The notes under the pieces: model-generated
What the model was told of the DNA's origin: nothing
What the model saw: the letters and a program-made list of their open reading frames with translations, nothing else
Database searches by the model: none
Program-made: the position numbers and the translations under genes
Part shown: piece by piece, positions 36,688-45,917 of the stretch
How positions within the stretch are numbered: the stretch's first letter is position 1
How the letters are laid out: each line of letters opens with the position of its first letter
NCBI GenBank assembly: GCA_005222965.1
Contig: NJBG01000001.1
Location: 549,533 to 613,532 of the forward strand
From: Candidatus Woesearchaeota archaeon B3_Woes
GTDB taxonomy: Archaea; Nanobdellota; Nanobdellia; Woesearchaeales; B3-WOES
Reading direction: 5' to 3'
DNA length: 64,000 nucleotides

Positions 36688-37788
36688 ATGCAACCAGAAA
36701 TTAACAAAATAAATTGTCCTAATTGTTCCTCAAAGAATCTTAAAAAATACGGTGTTCAAAAAAATAAAGCACAAAACTTACAAAAGTACCAGTGTAAAAT
36801 TTGTAAAAAAATATTTACATTAAAAGACCAGTCCAAAAACAAAACATATCCAATAAACATCATCCTTAATGCATTATCTTATTATAATTTAGGATACTCT
36901 CAAAACGATATTAATAAAATTCTTTCTAAGAAGTTTAAGCTAAAGCCCTCTCAAAAAACAATCTCTAACTGGATAAATGAATACAAAAACATCACAATAT
37001 TTAACAAACTAAGAAAAGAAGCATCAAAACTTTACACAAAAGAAGAAATAATAGAAAAACACACATTCTTACACAACAATTTACCTTATAAATTCCAAAT
37101 TCACAAAGCAAAACTAGATTTGTTATTCCAAAACAAATACAATAATAAATTCTCAAATCACTCAAAATTCCAAAAACCAATAAAACAATACCTGGAAAAA
37201 ATTCCAACAAAAAAATTTCCTCACCACATATTCAAAGAACACAAAGAAAAGAAAAGTTCAAATACATCAATTGCTCAAATTGATAATATTAAAAATAGAT
37301 CAGAACAAAGAGCATCACAATTAAAATTCTCACATCTTAAAATAACACACATCTCAAAAAATAACCTAGCCAACAAATTAGCATCATTGGCTCTCAATCT
37401 GGCAAAAAACAATAAACAAAGACATGAAGCAGTACAAACCTTCATGCTAATCAACGATTCAACAACAATAGCAGCAGAAGTCCCTATCTACTTAACAAAT
37501 GATGACATAACTTATTTTCTAAGCAGAAAATTCACTCTGCCATTAGAAAACCAACAAACCCCAATCACAGGGCACATAGACATATTACAAATTAGAAACA
37601 ATCTTATCCATATTCTAGATTATAAGCCAGACGCAGCTAAAACAAAACCCATAGAACAACTGACAATATATGCCTTAGCATTAGCATCAAAACTAAAATT
37701 AGATCTAAAATCATTTAAATGTGCGTGGTTTGATGAAAAGAACTACTATGAATTCTTTCCTTTGCGTGCTGTTTATGAAAAGCCATAA
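36688..37788 (+). CDS. Zn-ribbon + HTH (InsA/IS1595-like N-terminus) fused to RecB-family PD-(D/E)XK nuclease domain
   Basis: The N-terminus CPNCSSKNLKKYG...YQCKICKKIF gives CxxC-x19-CxxC, then SQKTISNWINEY. The C-terminus reads ITGHIDILQI (motif I D), LIHILDYKPDAAK (motif II DxK) and EQLTIYALAL (QxxxY). Confidence 0.6.
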   Translation: MQPEINKINCPNCSSKNLKKYGVQKNKAQNLQKYQCKICKKIFTLKDQSKNKTYPINIILNALSYYNLGYSQNDINKILSKKFKLKPSQKTISNWINEYKNITIFNKLRKEASKLYTKEEIIEKHTFLHNNLPYKFQIHKAKLDLLFQNKYNNKFSNHSKFQKPIKQYLEKIPTKKFPHHIFKEHKEKKSSNTSIAQIDNIKNRSEQRASQLKFSHLKITHISKNNLANKLASLALNLAKNNKQRHEAVQTFMLINDSTTIAAEVPIYLTNDDITYFLSRKFTLPLENQQTPITGHIDILQIRNNLIHILDYKPDAAKTKPIEQLTIYALALASKLKLDLKSFKCAWFDEKNYYEFFPLRAVYEKP

Positions 37789-37800
37789 AAAACCAAAAAG

Positions 37801-37832
37801 TTTATATACTATAGCCACTATAGTACCTATAG
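37801..37832 (+). promoter_or_regulatory. TATA box (TTTATATA) followed by three CTATAG palindromes at 9-bp spacing, abutting a leaderless ATG
   Basis: CTATAG occurs at 37809-14, 37818-23 and 37827-32. The ATG is at 37834. Confidence 0.55.
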
Positions 37833-37833
37833 A

Positions 37834-38025
37834 ATGCCATCAACAATTCAATTAAGCAAGTGTACAAAAGAATTAGTTAGTTCCTTCGGTACTAAAGAAG
37901 ATACTTATGAGGATATAATTAAAAGGATATACAAACTTGCAGTTAAAGAACAGTTAAGAGAATTTCTCATGTCTTCTAAAAATACAGTAACACTGGAAGA
38001 AGCAAGAAAAATTATTAACAAGTAA
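37834..38025 (+). CDS. putative antitoxin (small, partner of RelE/ParE-like gene)
   Basis: 63 aa. The stop is 1 nt before the next ATG. An N-terminal strand plus helices gives an RHH-like impression only. Confidence 0.5.
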   Translation: MPSTIQLSKCTKELVSSFGTKEDTYEDIIKRIYKLAVKEQLREFLMSSKNTVTLEEARKIINK

Positions 38026-38026
38026 G

Positions 38027-38371
38027 ATGGCTAAGATAGAAATTCTAAAATCTCTTGTGCTTGAAATAAAGAAGAAATTCAGTAAAACAGAAGCAAATAA
38101 AATTCTTGATATTATCCATAGTTTAAAAAATAACCCTAGAAAAGGAAAACTTTTAGGAAATGTTGGTGGACTTGTAATTAAAGAACTAAAATACAAAAAT
38201 TTTCGTTTCTATTTTATCACAGATGGGTTTAAATTAAAATATTTTGATGAAGAAAACCTTGTAGATTTGCTTTTAAGGTTTGTTAGGATGTCTGATAAAA
38301 AACATCAACAAGAAACAATAGATAAAATCAAACATATTCTTAAAACAATAGGTACTGAAGAATTTAAATAG
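38027..38371 (+). CDS. RelE/ParE-like toxin
   Basis: IIHSLKNNPRKGKLLGNVGGLVIKELKYKNFRFYFITDG resembles the RelE/ParE core pattern. Confidence 0.5.
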   Translation: MAKIEILKSLVLEIKKKFSKTEANKILDIIHSLKNNPRKGKLLGNVGGLVIKELKYKNFRFYFITDGFKLKYFDEENLVDLLLRFVRMSDKKHQQETIDKIKHILKTIGTEEFK

Positions 38372-38424
38372 AATCACAAAACCAAACAAACTAATATTAT
38401 AATAAAAAAGAAAATATGAATTTA

Positions 38425-38673
38425 CTATTTTTTTAAATAATATACTAAAAATAACAAACCAGTTACAACCAAAGATGATATCCAGAGGTTTGTCTTATTA
38501 AACATTTTTAAAAATCCCAACACCAATCCAATTAATATATTAATAGACAAACTAAAAGCAACAGACAATGCAATTTTCTCCAACAAATCAATCTTTTTAA
38601 ATAATATTGAAACTAGAAAATAACCAGGAACCACAACCAATAAAACAAGCCCAATTATATCAAATATTATCAT
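38425..38673 (-). CDS. small 3-TM membrane protein (DUF1616-N-terminal-like, from memory)
   Basis: MIIFDIIGLVLLVVVPGYFLVSILFKKIDLLEKIALSVAFSLSINILIGLVLGF. The internal Met at 38673 is preferred as the start. Confidence 0.45.
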   Translation of the reverse strand: MIIFDIIGLVLLVVVPGYFLVSILFKKIDLLEKIALSVAFSLSINILIGLVLGFLKMFNKTNLWISSLVVTGLLFLVYYLKK

Positions 38674-38839
38674 TTTTATTACAACACACATATAACATCA
38701 AAGTTATTCCATTATATAAACTTGAATATAGTACTCTTTTCTTTTTATTTTATAAACATTGCGCTTATTTGCTAAGACTTTTTGAACACAGCCGTTTTCA
38801 TCCATTAAATTTATATATTGTAACTTATATTTTTATATT

Positions 38840-40405
38840 ATGAAAAAACTTTCGTCACACCAAATAATTTTGCTTATAGTAGCACTGCTTTTTATATCTA
38901 TCCTATTATACAAGGTTCATTACAATAATACTATTCATTATATAGATCCAAATGCTCTTTTAATAATAAAACCAACAGAAAAAACAAATTATCCCTTCCC
39001 CTATCATAATGACGAATGGAATCATATTGCACAAGCAAAATATTTAATAGAGAATAAAGAACTCCCCTTTGTTAACCCATATTTTATTGATAAAGAAAAA
39101 CATGAAAACCTAGAAACAGGATTTCATGTTTTTTTAGCAGAACTATTTTTATTCACAAAAATTAACTGGATTGAGAATTTTGGTCTTTTACCTATGTTCC
39201 TCATTATAATAAATTCCTTTCTAATTTTTGTTTTTGTGAGACATATAACCAAAAACTTTTATATTGCTTTGTTTTCTTTACTATTCTTCGCTCTTTTAAA
39301 AAACAATGTAAATTTTTTAGGCAATTGGTTTTTTATACCTTTAACCTTTTCTTTAATATTTATTTATGCTTTTTTTATTTTATTATTCATGTTTTTAGAA
39401 AAACCAGACAAAAAAAGTTTATTGGCTCTATTAGGCACCCTCCTTGTTTCATTTTTTATTTATCCACTCTCAACTATACTCATTTTTTTAATAACATCTT
39501 TGTATCTTCTTTTAAATAAAGATTCTTTTAATAAAATTTATTATTTATTTAAAAAATCAAATAAGCACGAAACAAAAACATTCAAAAAGAACACAACAAT
39601 TTTCATTTTTTTACTTATAGTAGCATCAATAATGCTCTCCCAAAGTTTTATTAAATGGAACCAATTAGTTTTTAATCAATTATGGACCCTTCCAGAAATT
39701 ACCTATGATATGATGATTTTATATGGTGTTATACCTCTAATTTTTGCTTTAATAGGCATATGGCAAACATATATCAAATATAATAAAATATTTTTATTAT
39801 GGTTAATCCCTCTTTTAATCAATCTTTATTTATACTTAATATATAAAATTACATTATTCATTCCATATCCAAGAGCAGTTTTTTATATTTTTATAGGAAT
39901 GGCAACATTATCAGGAATTGGTTTTTATTATATATGCAATATTATTTATAAATGGAGGAATAAACTTGATTTTGAATTTATAAAAGAATTATCAAACGAA
40001 ACTTTCTTTACATTAGGTCTTTTTGTTTTTTTAATTATGTTCCATGGATATTATAACCAAACTGAAAATACATCGTTATACCATTCATCAGATTTATATG
40101 ATTACGATTCTATCAATTTTATTGATAATAATTTTGATAATAATAAAATTGTTTTAGCACCACCTTTTATATCAACCACAATCTATCCAATTAGTGGAAA
40201 TTATGTAATTGCTGCCATGGATGCAAATCTAAATGGGAGAGACAGCGATTTTTATTTGAATTTTATGAAAAAAGATTGTAATAATAAAATAAACTTAATC
40301 AAAAAAAATAACATAAGTCTTATTCTAACTAAAACAAAAATCAATTGCGATGAAGTGAAATTGATTTATCAAAACAAAGGAAGTTTTGTTTACCAAAAAA
40401 CTTAA
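38840..40405 (+). CDS. large polytopic membrane protein, possible GT-C type glycosyltransferase/oligosaccharide-processing protein
   Basis: 521 aa with at least 10 hydrophobic helices followed by a soluble C-terminal domain. It heads a glycosyltransferase cluster. The function is inferred from context only. Confidence 0.45.
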   Translation: MKKLSSHQIILLIVALLFISILLYKVHYNNTIHYIDPNALLIIKPTEKTNYPFPYHNDEWNHIAQAKYLIENKELPFVNPYFIDKEKHENLETGFHVFLAELFLFTKINWIENFGLLPMFLIIINSFLIFVFVRHITKNFYIALFSLLFFALLKNNVNFLGNWFFIPLTFSLIFIYAFFILLFMFLEKPDKKSLLALLGTLLVSFFIYPLSTILIFLITSLYLLLNKDSFNKIYYLFKKSNKHETKTFKKNTTIFIFLLIVASIMLSQSFIKWNQLVFNQLWTLPEITYDMMILYGVIPLIFALIGIWQTYIKYNKIFLLWLIPLLINLYLYLIYKITLFIPYPRAVFYIFIGMATLSGIGFYYICNIIYKWRNKLDFEFIKELSNETFFTLGLFVFLIMFHGYYNQTENTSLYHSSDLYDYDSINFIDNNFDNNKIVLAPPFISTTIYPISGNYVIAAMDANLNGRDSDFYLNFMKKDCNNKINLIKKNNISLILTKTKINCDEVKLIYQNKGSFVYQKT

Positions 40406-40488
40406 AAACGAAATATAATACAAAATCATTACTAAAGATTTAGAAAAAAACCAAACTTTAGTTAATAAAGACGTTCACTTAAACAGAA

Positions 40489-41571
40489 ATGAAAATAGCA
40501 ATATTCCATAATTATATGGATAACATAGGGGGTGCTGAAAAAGTGACCTTGACTCTTGCAGGGGAATTAGATGCTGACATAATCACAACAAATATCAATA
40601 GAAAAGCTATAGAAAATATGGGTTTCAAAAACATTAGAATAAAAAGCATTGGAAAAATTCCTATAAATGCTCCATTCAAACAACAGTTTGCGTTGTATAA
40701 GTTCAGAAAACTCGATCTAAAAGAAAAATATGATTTTTTTATCATAGATGGGGATTGGGCAATATCTGGAGCAGTCAAGAATAAACCAAATTTATGGTAT
40801 GTCCATTCACCTATAAGAGAGATATGGGATTTGTATGAATACACTAGACAACACAGTGTCCCTTTAATCCTAAGACCTATTTTTGATATTTGGGTAAAAT
40901 ACAATCGTTACCTTAACAGGAAGTATGTCAAACATGTTGACAAGATAACTTGCAACTCAAAGAACACCCAAAAAAGGGTTAAGAAATATCTGAATAGGGC
41001 TGCTGTTGTGATAAACCCGCCAATTGAGACTTCTAAATTTCATTATAAAAAGACAGGAGGTTACTGGTTAAGCGTTAATAGACTCATTACACATAAAAGA
41101 GCAGATATGCAAATAAAAGCTTTTGCAAAACTGCTTGATGAAAAACTAATCGTTGTTGGCTGTTATGAAAAATCAAGACATTTTACTGCATATGCAAATT
41201 ATATAAAAAAAATTAAGCCAAAGAACATTACTTTGCTAAATGGGATTGGTTCTAATCAATTGATAAATCTCTATGCTAATTGTAAGGGTTTTATTACAAC
41301 ATCCAAAGATGAAGATTTTGGAATGGCTCCTGTTGAAGCAATGGCTTCTGGAAAACCAGTTATTGCTCCAAATGAAGGGGGATATAAAGAAACCGTTGTT
41401 GATGGAGTTACTGGAAAGTTAATAGACGATATCAGTGTTGATAAATTAATCAAGTCTATCCAAGAAGTAAGCAAAAACCCTAAAAAATATAAAAATACTT
41501 GTTTAAAACAGGCAAAGAAATTTGATACAAAAATTTTCATTAAAAAAATAAAAGAACAGATGGCTACATAA
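40489..41571 (+). CDS. glycosyltransferase family 4
   Basis: EDFGMAPVEAMASGKPVIAPNEGG is the E-x7-E GT4 signature. Confidence 0.8.
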   Translation: MKIAIFHNYMDNIGGAEKVTLTLAGELDADIITTNINRKAIENMGFKNIRIKSIGKIPINAPFKQQFALYKFRKLDLKEKYDFFIIDGDWAISGAVKNKPNLWYVHSPIREIWDLYEYTRQHSVPLILRPIFDIWVKYNRYLNRKYVKHVDKITCNSKNTQKRVKKYLNRAAVVINPPIETSKFHYKKTGGYWLSVNRLITHKRADMQIKAFAKLLDEKLIVVGCYEKSRHFTAYANYIKKIKPKNITLLNGIGSNQLINLYANCKGFITTSKDEDFGMAPVEAMASGKPVIAPNEGGYKETVVDGVTGKLIDDISVDKLIKSIQEVSKNPKKYKNTCLKQAKKFDTKIFIKKIKEQMAT

Positions 41572-41572
41572 A

Positions 41573-42805
41573 ATGAATATCTGCTTTGTCATACACACCG
41601 ATTTTATTGAATCCTCCTATGGCGGTATAGAGACCTATTTAAAAAATCTGTCGCTTGAGCTTGTTAAAAATGGTCATGAAGTTCACATTATATGCTGCAC
41701 CGGGAAAAAAATTACTGATTATGTGTATAAGGGCATTCATATTCACAGGGTCTGTTCAGGGGTGGTGTTCTTTCACCCTCTTTTATTAAAAATCTTTCCT
41801 CCTTCTAGAATTATTGATAAATACTTTTACCACACCACCGTAAACTTAACCATTGGATGGAGGATTTATCGAAAGTTTAAGAAACTTCACAAAAGAAAAC
41901 CCTTTGATGTTGTTGAATGCGATGACACAGCTGGTTTAGGTGTGTTCTTTCCCCTGTGTAGTCGCGTCAGGTTTATAACCAGAATGCATACTTCATGGAC
42001 CATGGTTGCACTACTTAACAAAGAACAGGTTACCTTAGACAAAAAAATTGTGTATTTCCTTGAAAGATTACAAATTAAAAAGAGTGACGCCTTGAATGCA
42101 GATAGCTTTTCTCTGAAGAAAAGATCCTCTAATTTCTTTAACATAGATCCTTCAAGAATTGACGTTACTTATTATGGTATTGACATCTCAAAGTATGAAT
42201 CTATTTCCAAGAAAAGGATAACAAAACAGGATTACATCCTTTACTTTGGAAGGTTAGAGGAAAGAAAAGGTATGCGACTTCTTGCACGTGCTCTGCCAAA
42301 GGTTTTTTCAAAGCATCCCAATCTAAAAATGGTATTTGTCGGAAATCACCATGTTGAAACAAAACACAGCCGCCTAATAAAACACTTTGATGCGAAGAGG
42401 CATATACGTGGAAAAAACAAGCCGTTTGCAAAGAACATTATGTTCATCAAACACCTTCCTCACAAAAACCTGAATCCTATCATAAAAAATGCAAAATTGG
42501 TGGTACTTCCATCTACATGGGAAGCTTTCGGCTTCACCTGTCTGGAATCAATGGCTTTGGGAAAGCCTGTCTTGGCTACGAGCGGAAGCGGTTTTGAAGA
42601 GCAAATACTCGAGGATGAAAAATACGGATTTCTGGTAAAGCCCAACAACGCAAAAGCTCTCGCAAATAAAATTCTTATATGTCTGAAGAGAAAAGATTTA
42701 GATATAGTAGGAAAAAGGGCTAAAAATAGAGCTAAATTTTTCAGTAATGAAAAAATAACAAAAGAAATGATAGATTATTACAAAAAGGTAAGTATGAAAA
42801 CATAA
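41573..42805 (+). CDS. glycosyltransferase family 4
   Basis: N-terminal YGGIETY, plus EAFGFTCLESMALGKPVLATSGSGFEE. Confidence 0.8.
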   Translation: MNICFVIHTDFIESSYGGIETYLKNLSLELVKNGHEVHIICCTGKKITDYVYKGIHIHRVCSGVVFFHPLLLKIFPPSRIIDKYFYHTTVNLTIGWRIYRKFKKLHKRKPFDVVECDDTAGLGVFFPLCSRVRFITRMHTSWTMVALLNKEQVTLDKKIVYFLERLQIKKSDALNADSFSLKKRSSNFFNIDPSRIDVTYYGIDISKYESISKKRITKQDYILYFGRLEERKGMRLLARALPKVFSKHPNLKMVFVGNHHVETKHSRLIKHFDAKRHIRGKNKPFAKNIMFIKHLPHKNLNPIIKNAKLVVLPSTWEAFGFTCLESMALGKPVLATSGSGFEEQILEDEKYGFLVKPNNAKALANKILICLKRKDLDIVGKRAKNRAKFFSNEKITKEMIDYYKKVSMKT

Positions 42806-42826
42806 AATAAATTTTGGATATAAAAA

Positions 42827-44101
42827 ATGAATAAAAATCCCAAGAAAAATTTAAGAATAGCCATCATACATGATGATTTTTCCTTGTGTGGTGGAGGAGA
42901 AAAATTAGTTGCAATACTTGCTAAAGGACTTTCTAAAAAAGGTATAGAAGTGGATATAATAACATATAATTTTACAGAAGAACCCAAAAAAATAATCCCA
43001 AAAGGGATTAAAATTAAAACCATTATCAATAAAAAATACCCCTTTCATGACCATAATGTAAGAAAGTATTTATTCTCCAAATTAAATTTAAAAAAAAAAT
43101 ATGATTTGTTTATCTTTAGTGGTTATTTCTGCTTGTATGCATCAAAGATAAACAAACCAAACATTCTTTATTGCCATAATGTTAGAAAACCATATCTGTC
43201 AACACAAAAAAGATTTGAAGAAAAACCAAACAAAAGACAAGTCCAAGCAAAATTAGATTTAATAGATAATTCATTCCTTGGAAAGAGTTGGACATTTTTA
43301 TATAAAATAAAAAATAAATTCATTAAGAAAAAAATCCCAAGAAAAATCTCAGAAAAAATAGAACTTATTCGTTTTTTATTTGCAATCTCCCCTCATCCAA
43401 TATTAATAAAATACGCCATAAAACCTCTCACAGAAGAAGAGGAAATCAGAAAGGAGATTAATTATATACAAAAAATTATAGTGAACAGCCTTACTATTAA
43501 AAAAGATGCTAAAGAGTATTATAAAAGAGAATCCATAATTATACACCCCCCTATTGAAACAAAAAAATTTCATTATAAAAAAAATAAAAATTTTTGGATT
43601 TCTATAAATAGAATTGATCCCCATAAAAGAGTAGAATTACAATTAAAAGCATTTTCTAAAATGCCTAATGAAAAACTTTATATTATTGGCCATATACAAA
43701 ATCAAAAATATTATGAATTTCTTAAAAAAATAAAACCCAATAATGTGAAATTCTTAGGAGTTATTAATGAAGATAAATTAATTAAAAAATTAAGTGAATG
43801 CAAGGGAATGGTATTCACAGCAAAAAAAGAGGATTTTGGAATGGCTCCTGTTGAAGCAATGGCTTCTGGTAAGCCAGTGATAGCTCCAAACGAAGGGGGG
43901 TGTAAAGAAACAATTATTAATGAAAAAACCGGAATATTAATAAATAATATAAATGAGGATAAAATAATAAGAGCAGTAGAGAAGATAAACAAGAATCCTG
44001 AGAAGTATAAAAATGCATGTTTGAGGCAAGCACGAAAATTTGATGTTGAAGTTTTTATTAAAAAAATGACAGAAGAAATAAGGGATTCTCTGGTTCAATA
44101 A
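42827..44101 (+). CDS. glycosyltransferase family 4 (paralog of 40489-41571)
   Basis: EDFGMAPVEAMASGKPVIAPNEGG is encoded by a stretch nearly identical in nucleotides to 41320-41390. Confidence 0.8.
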   Translation: MNKNPKKNLRIAIIHDDFSLCGGGEKLVAILAKGLSKKGIEVDIITYNFTEEPKKIIPKGIKIKTIINKKYPFHDHNVRKYLFSKLNLKKKYDLFIFSGYFCLYASKINKPNILYCHNVRKPYLSTQKRFEEKPNKRQVQAKLDLIDNSFLGKSWTFLYKIKNKFIKKKIPRKISEKIELIRFLFAISPHPILIKYAIKPLTEEEEIRKEINYIQKIIVNSLTIKKDAKEYYKRESIIIHPPIETKKFHYKKNKNFWISINRIDPHKRVELQLKAFSKMPNEKLYIIGHIQNQKYYEFLKKIKPNNVKFLGVINEDKLIKKLSECKGMVFTAKKEDFGMAPVEAMASGKPVIAPNEGGCKETIINEKTGILINNINEDKIIRAVEKINKNPEKYKNACLRQARKFDVEVFIKKMTEEIRDSLVQ

Positions 44102-44103
44102 AA

Positions 44104-44916
44104 ATGAAAAAGACAAGAGGGGTAATTTATATTGCAACAGGAGAAAAATACATTAACGAGGTTTTAGTTTCTGCAGCTAGTCTAAAGAAACACATGCCTG
44201 ATTTACCTGTAACTTTATTTTCTGATTTAGATGTAAAATCTTCTTATTTTGATAAAATACTGAAAATAAAGAATCCTGTTTTTGGTTTTGAAGATAAAGT
44301 AAGATACATGTATAAATCTCCTTATGATTTAACTTTATTTTTAGATACAGATACTTACATTTGTGATGATGTTTCTGAGTTGTTTGATTTGCTCAACAGG
44401 TTTGACATTGCAGTTGCACACGTTCCAACGAAAAACAAATCTAGTATTATAGGAACTCCCGAAAGTTTTGTGTTGATAGATACAGGAATAATCTTATTTA
44501 AAAAATCCCTAAAAATTAAAAAACTATTTTCCGAGTGGCTGAGATTATATAATCTTGATAAGAAGAGGGGGTATATTAGATTAAAGTCTGGTTTGAAAAG
44601 TCTAGAAAATAAAATTAAGTGGAAGGAGAAAGGCATTCCAGACGCATTAAATTTTAATAAAGTTCTTTATAATAGTAAAATAAGATTTGTAACGCTGACA
44701 AAAGAATATGATTTTAGAGCAAAATGTGGTTTTGTTAATTGGAAAGTTAAGATACTTCATCGTAGGAATTGGGATTTTGCTTTGGTTGAGAGCATTATCA
44801 ATTCATATTCTTCTCCCAGGGTTTTTTTTTGGTCTTTTGATCGTTTACATGTTTTCCCTTTAGATAGGAGGTTTGGCTTGTCTACGGGTTTATTTAGGAG
44901 GTTTGGTTTTTTATGA
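44104..44916 (+). CDS. GT-A fold nucleotide-diphospho-sugar transferase (GT8-like)
   Basis: VIYIATGEKYINEVLVSAASL, plus the DxD motif in LDTDTYICDD. Confidence 0.55.
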   Translation: MKKTRGVIYIATGEKYINEVLVSAASLKKHMPDLPVTLFSDLDVKSSYFDKILKIKNPVFGFEDKVRYMYKSPYDLTLFLDTDTYICDDVSELFDLLNRFDIAVAHVPTKNKSSIIGTPESFVLIDTGIILFKKSLKIKKLFSEWLRLYNLDKKRGYIRLKSGLKSLENKIKWKEKGIPDALNFNKVLYNSKIRFVTLTKEYDFRAKCGFVNWKVKILHRRNWDFALVESIINSYSSPRVFFWSFDRLHVFPLDRRFGLSTGLFRRFGFL

Positions 44917-44930
44917 GTAGGGATATTCTA

Positions 44931-45917
44931 TTATTTCAACCCTGGTTTTCTTTTTACCCATTTAACAAATTTGGAGTAAGTTATTGAATGCTTCTTGAGA
45001 TTTGAAGAAAGCCTAAATAATTTCAAATCATAAAATTTTGAAGTAATAAATGAAGGAAAATCCTGTAGTTTCAAATGAAAACAAAAGAATTTTTTAATTC
45101 TCATAATAAGCACTATTAAGAAAAAAAATTTATGATTTTTCTTGAATTTTCTATTCTGTTTTAAACAATAATTATAAATCTTTCTGTCAAATTCCAAATC
45201 TTTAGAAATTAATATTTTGGCTTTTTCAACCTCTTTTTTTCCCAAATATTTTGTAGACACATTGAAATTTCTCAGGAATCTTCCACTTCCAATCTTATTA
45301 TAGAAGAATAAGAAGTCCTCAGGATTTTCAGTAATGCCCACAAACCAGAATTTGTCAATAAGATTCTTTATTCTTTCAAGATTTTGTTCATTAATATCTC
45401 TATGTTTAAATTTGTCATTAATAAAGAAGAAGAATAAATACCTGAAAATATAATTATTCATTTTCAAATTGTTCTTTCTGTCTTCCTCTATCCAATTATT
45501 GAACCACGATGTAAAAGACAAATCCTTTCTTCCTTTGGGAAAAAGTTCAGACCCTCTCCTTTTTGACATCTCACCATTATAATAGCGCATCAAATCCCAG
45601 TTGTAATGGGAGATAGTTCTATTGGTGGGTTCTCTAATGAAAGTAACGTACCTGCAATCCCTGTTATGAAAAAGCCTATGAAGGCCGTAAAAAGCTATGT
45701 GTCCAAATATTATTCTTATTTTGTTTTTTTGCTCTTCCGTTAAAGAACTAATATATTTATTAATGTTCCCCTTATTCTTTTCAAAGATTGGTTCTTCATT
45801 ATAATAAAGTAGAAGAAATTCATCCTTATCAAGATTTTCCTTCTTATGAAATCTTATAGTGGTGCCAGCACATTTCATGATATGAAGAAATATGTATAGT
45901 GGTTTTTCATTTTTCAT
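44931..45917 (-). CDS. sulfotransferase family protein
   Basis: The 5'-PSB-like loop is FLHIMKCAGTTI. The 3'-PB-like motif is TFIREPTNRTISHYN. Confidence 0.7.
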   Translation of the reverse strand: MKNEKPLYIFLHIMKCAGTTIRFHKKENLDKDEFLLLYYNEEPIFEKNKGNINKYISSLTEEQKNKIRIIFGHIAFYGLHRLFHNRDCRYVTFIREPTNRTISHYNWDLMRYYNGEMSKRRGSELFPKGRKDLSFTSWFNNWIEEDRKNNLKMNNYIFRYLFFFFINDKFKHRDINEQNLERIKNLIDKFWFVGITENPEDFLFFYNKIGSGRFLRNFNVSTKYLGKKEVEKAKILISKDLEFDRKIYNYCLKQNRKFKKNHKFFFLIVLIMRIKKFFCFHLKLQDFPSFITSKFYDLKLFRLSSNLKKHSITYSKFVKWVKRKPGLK

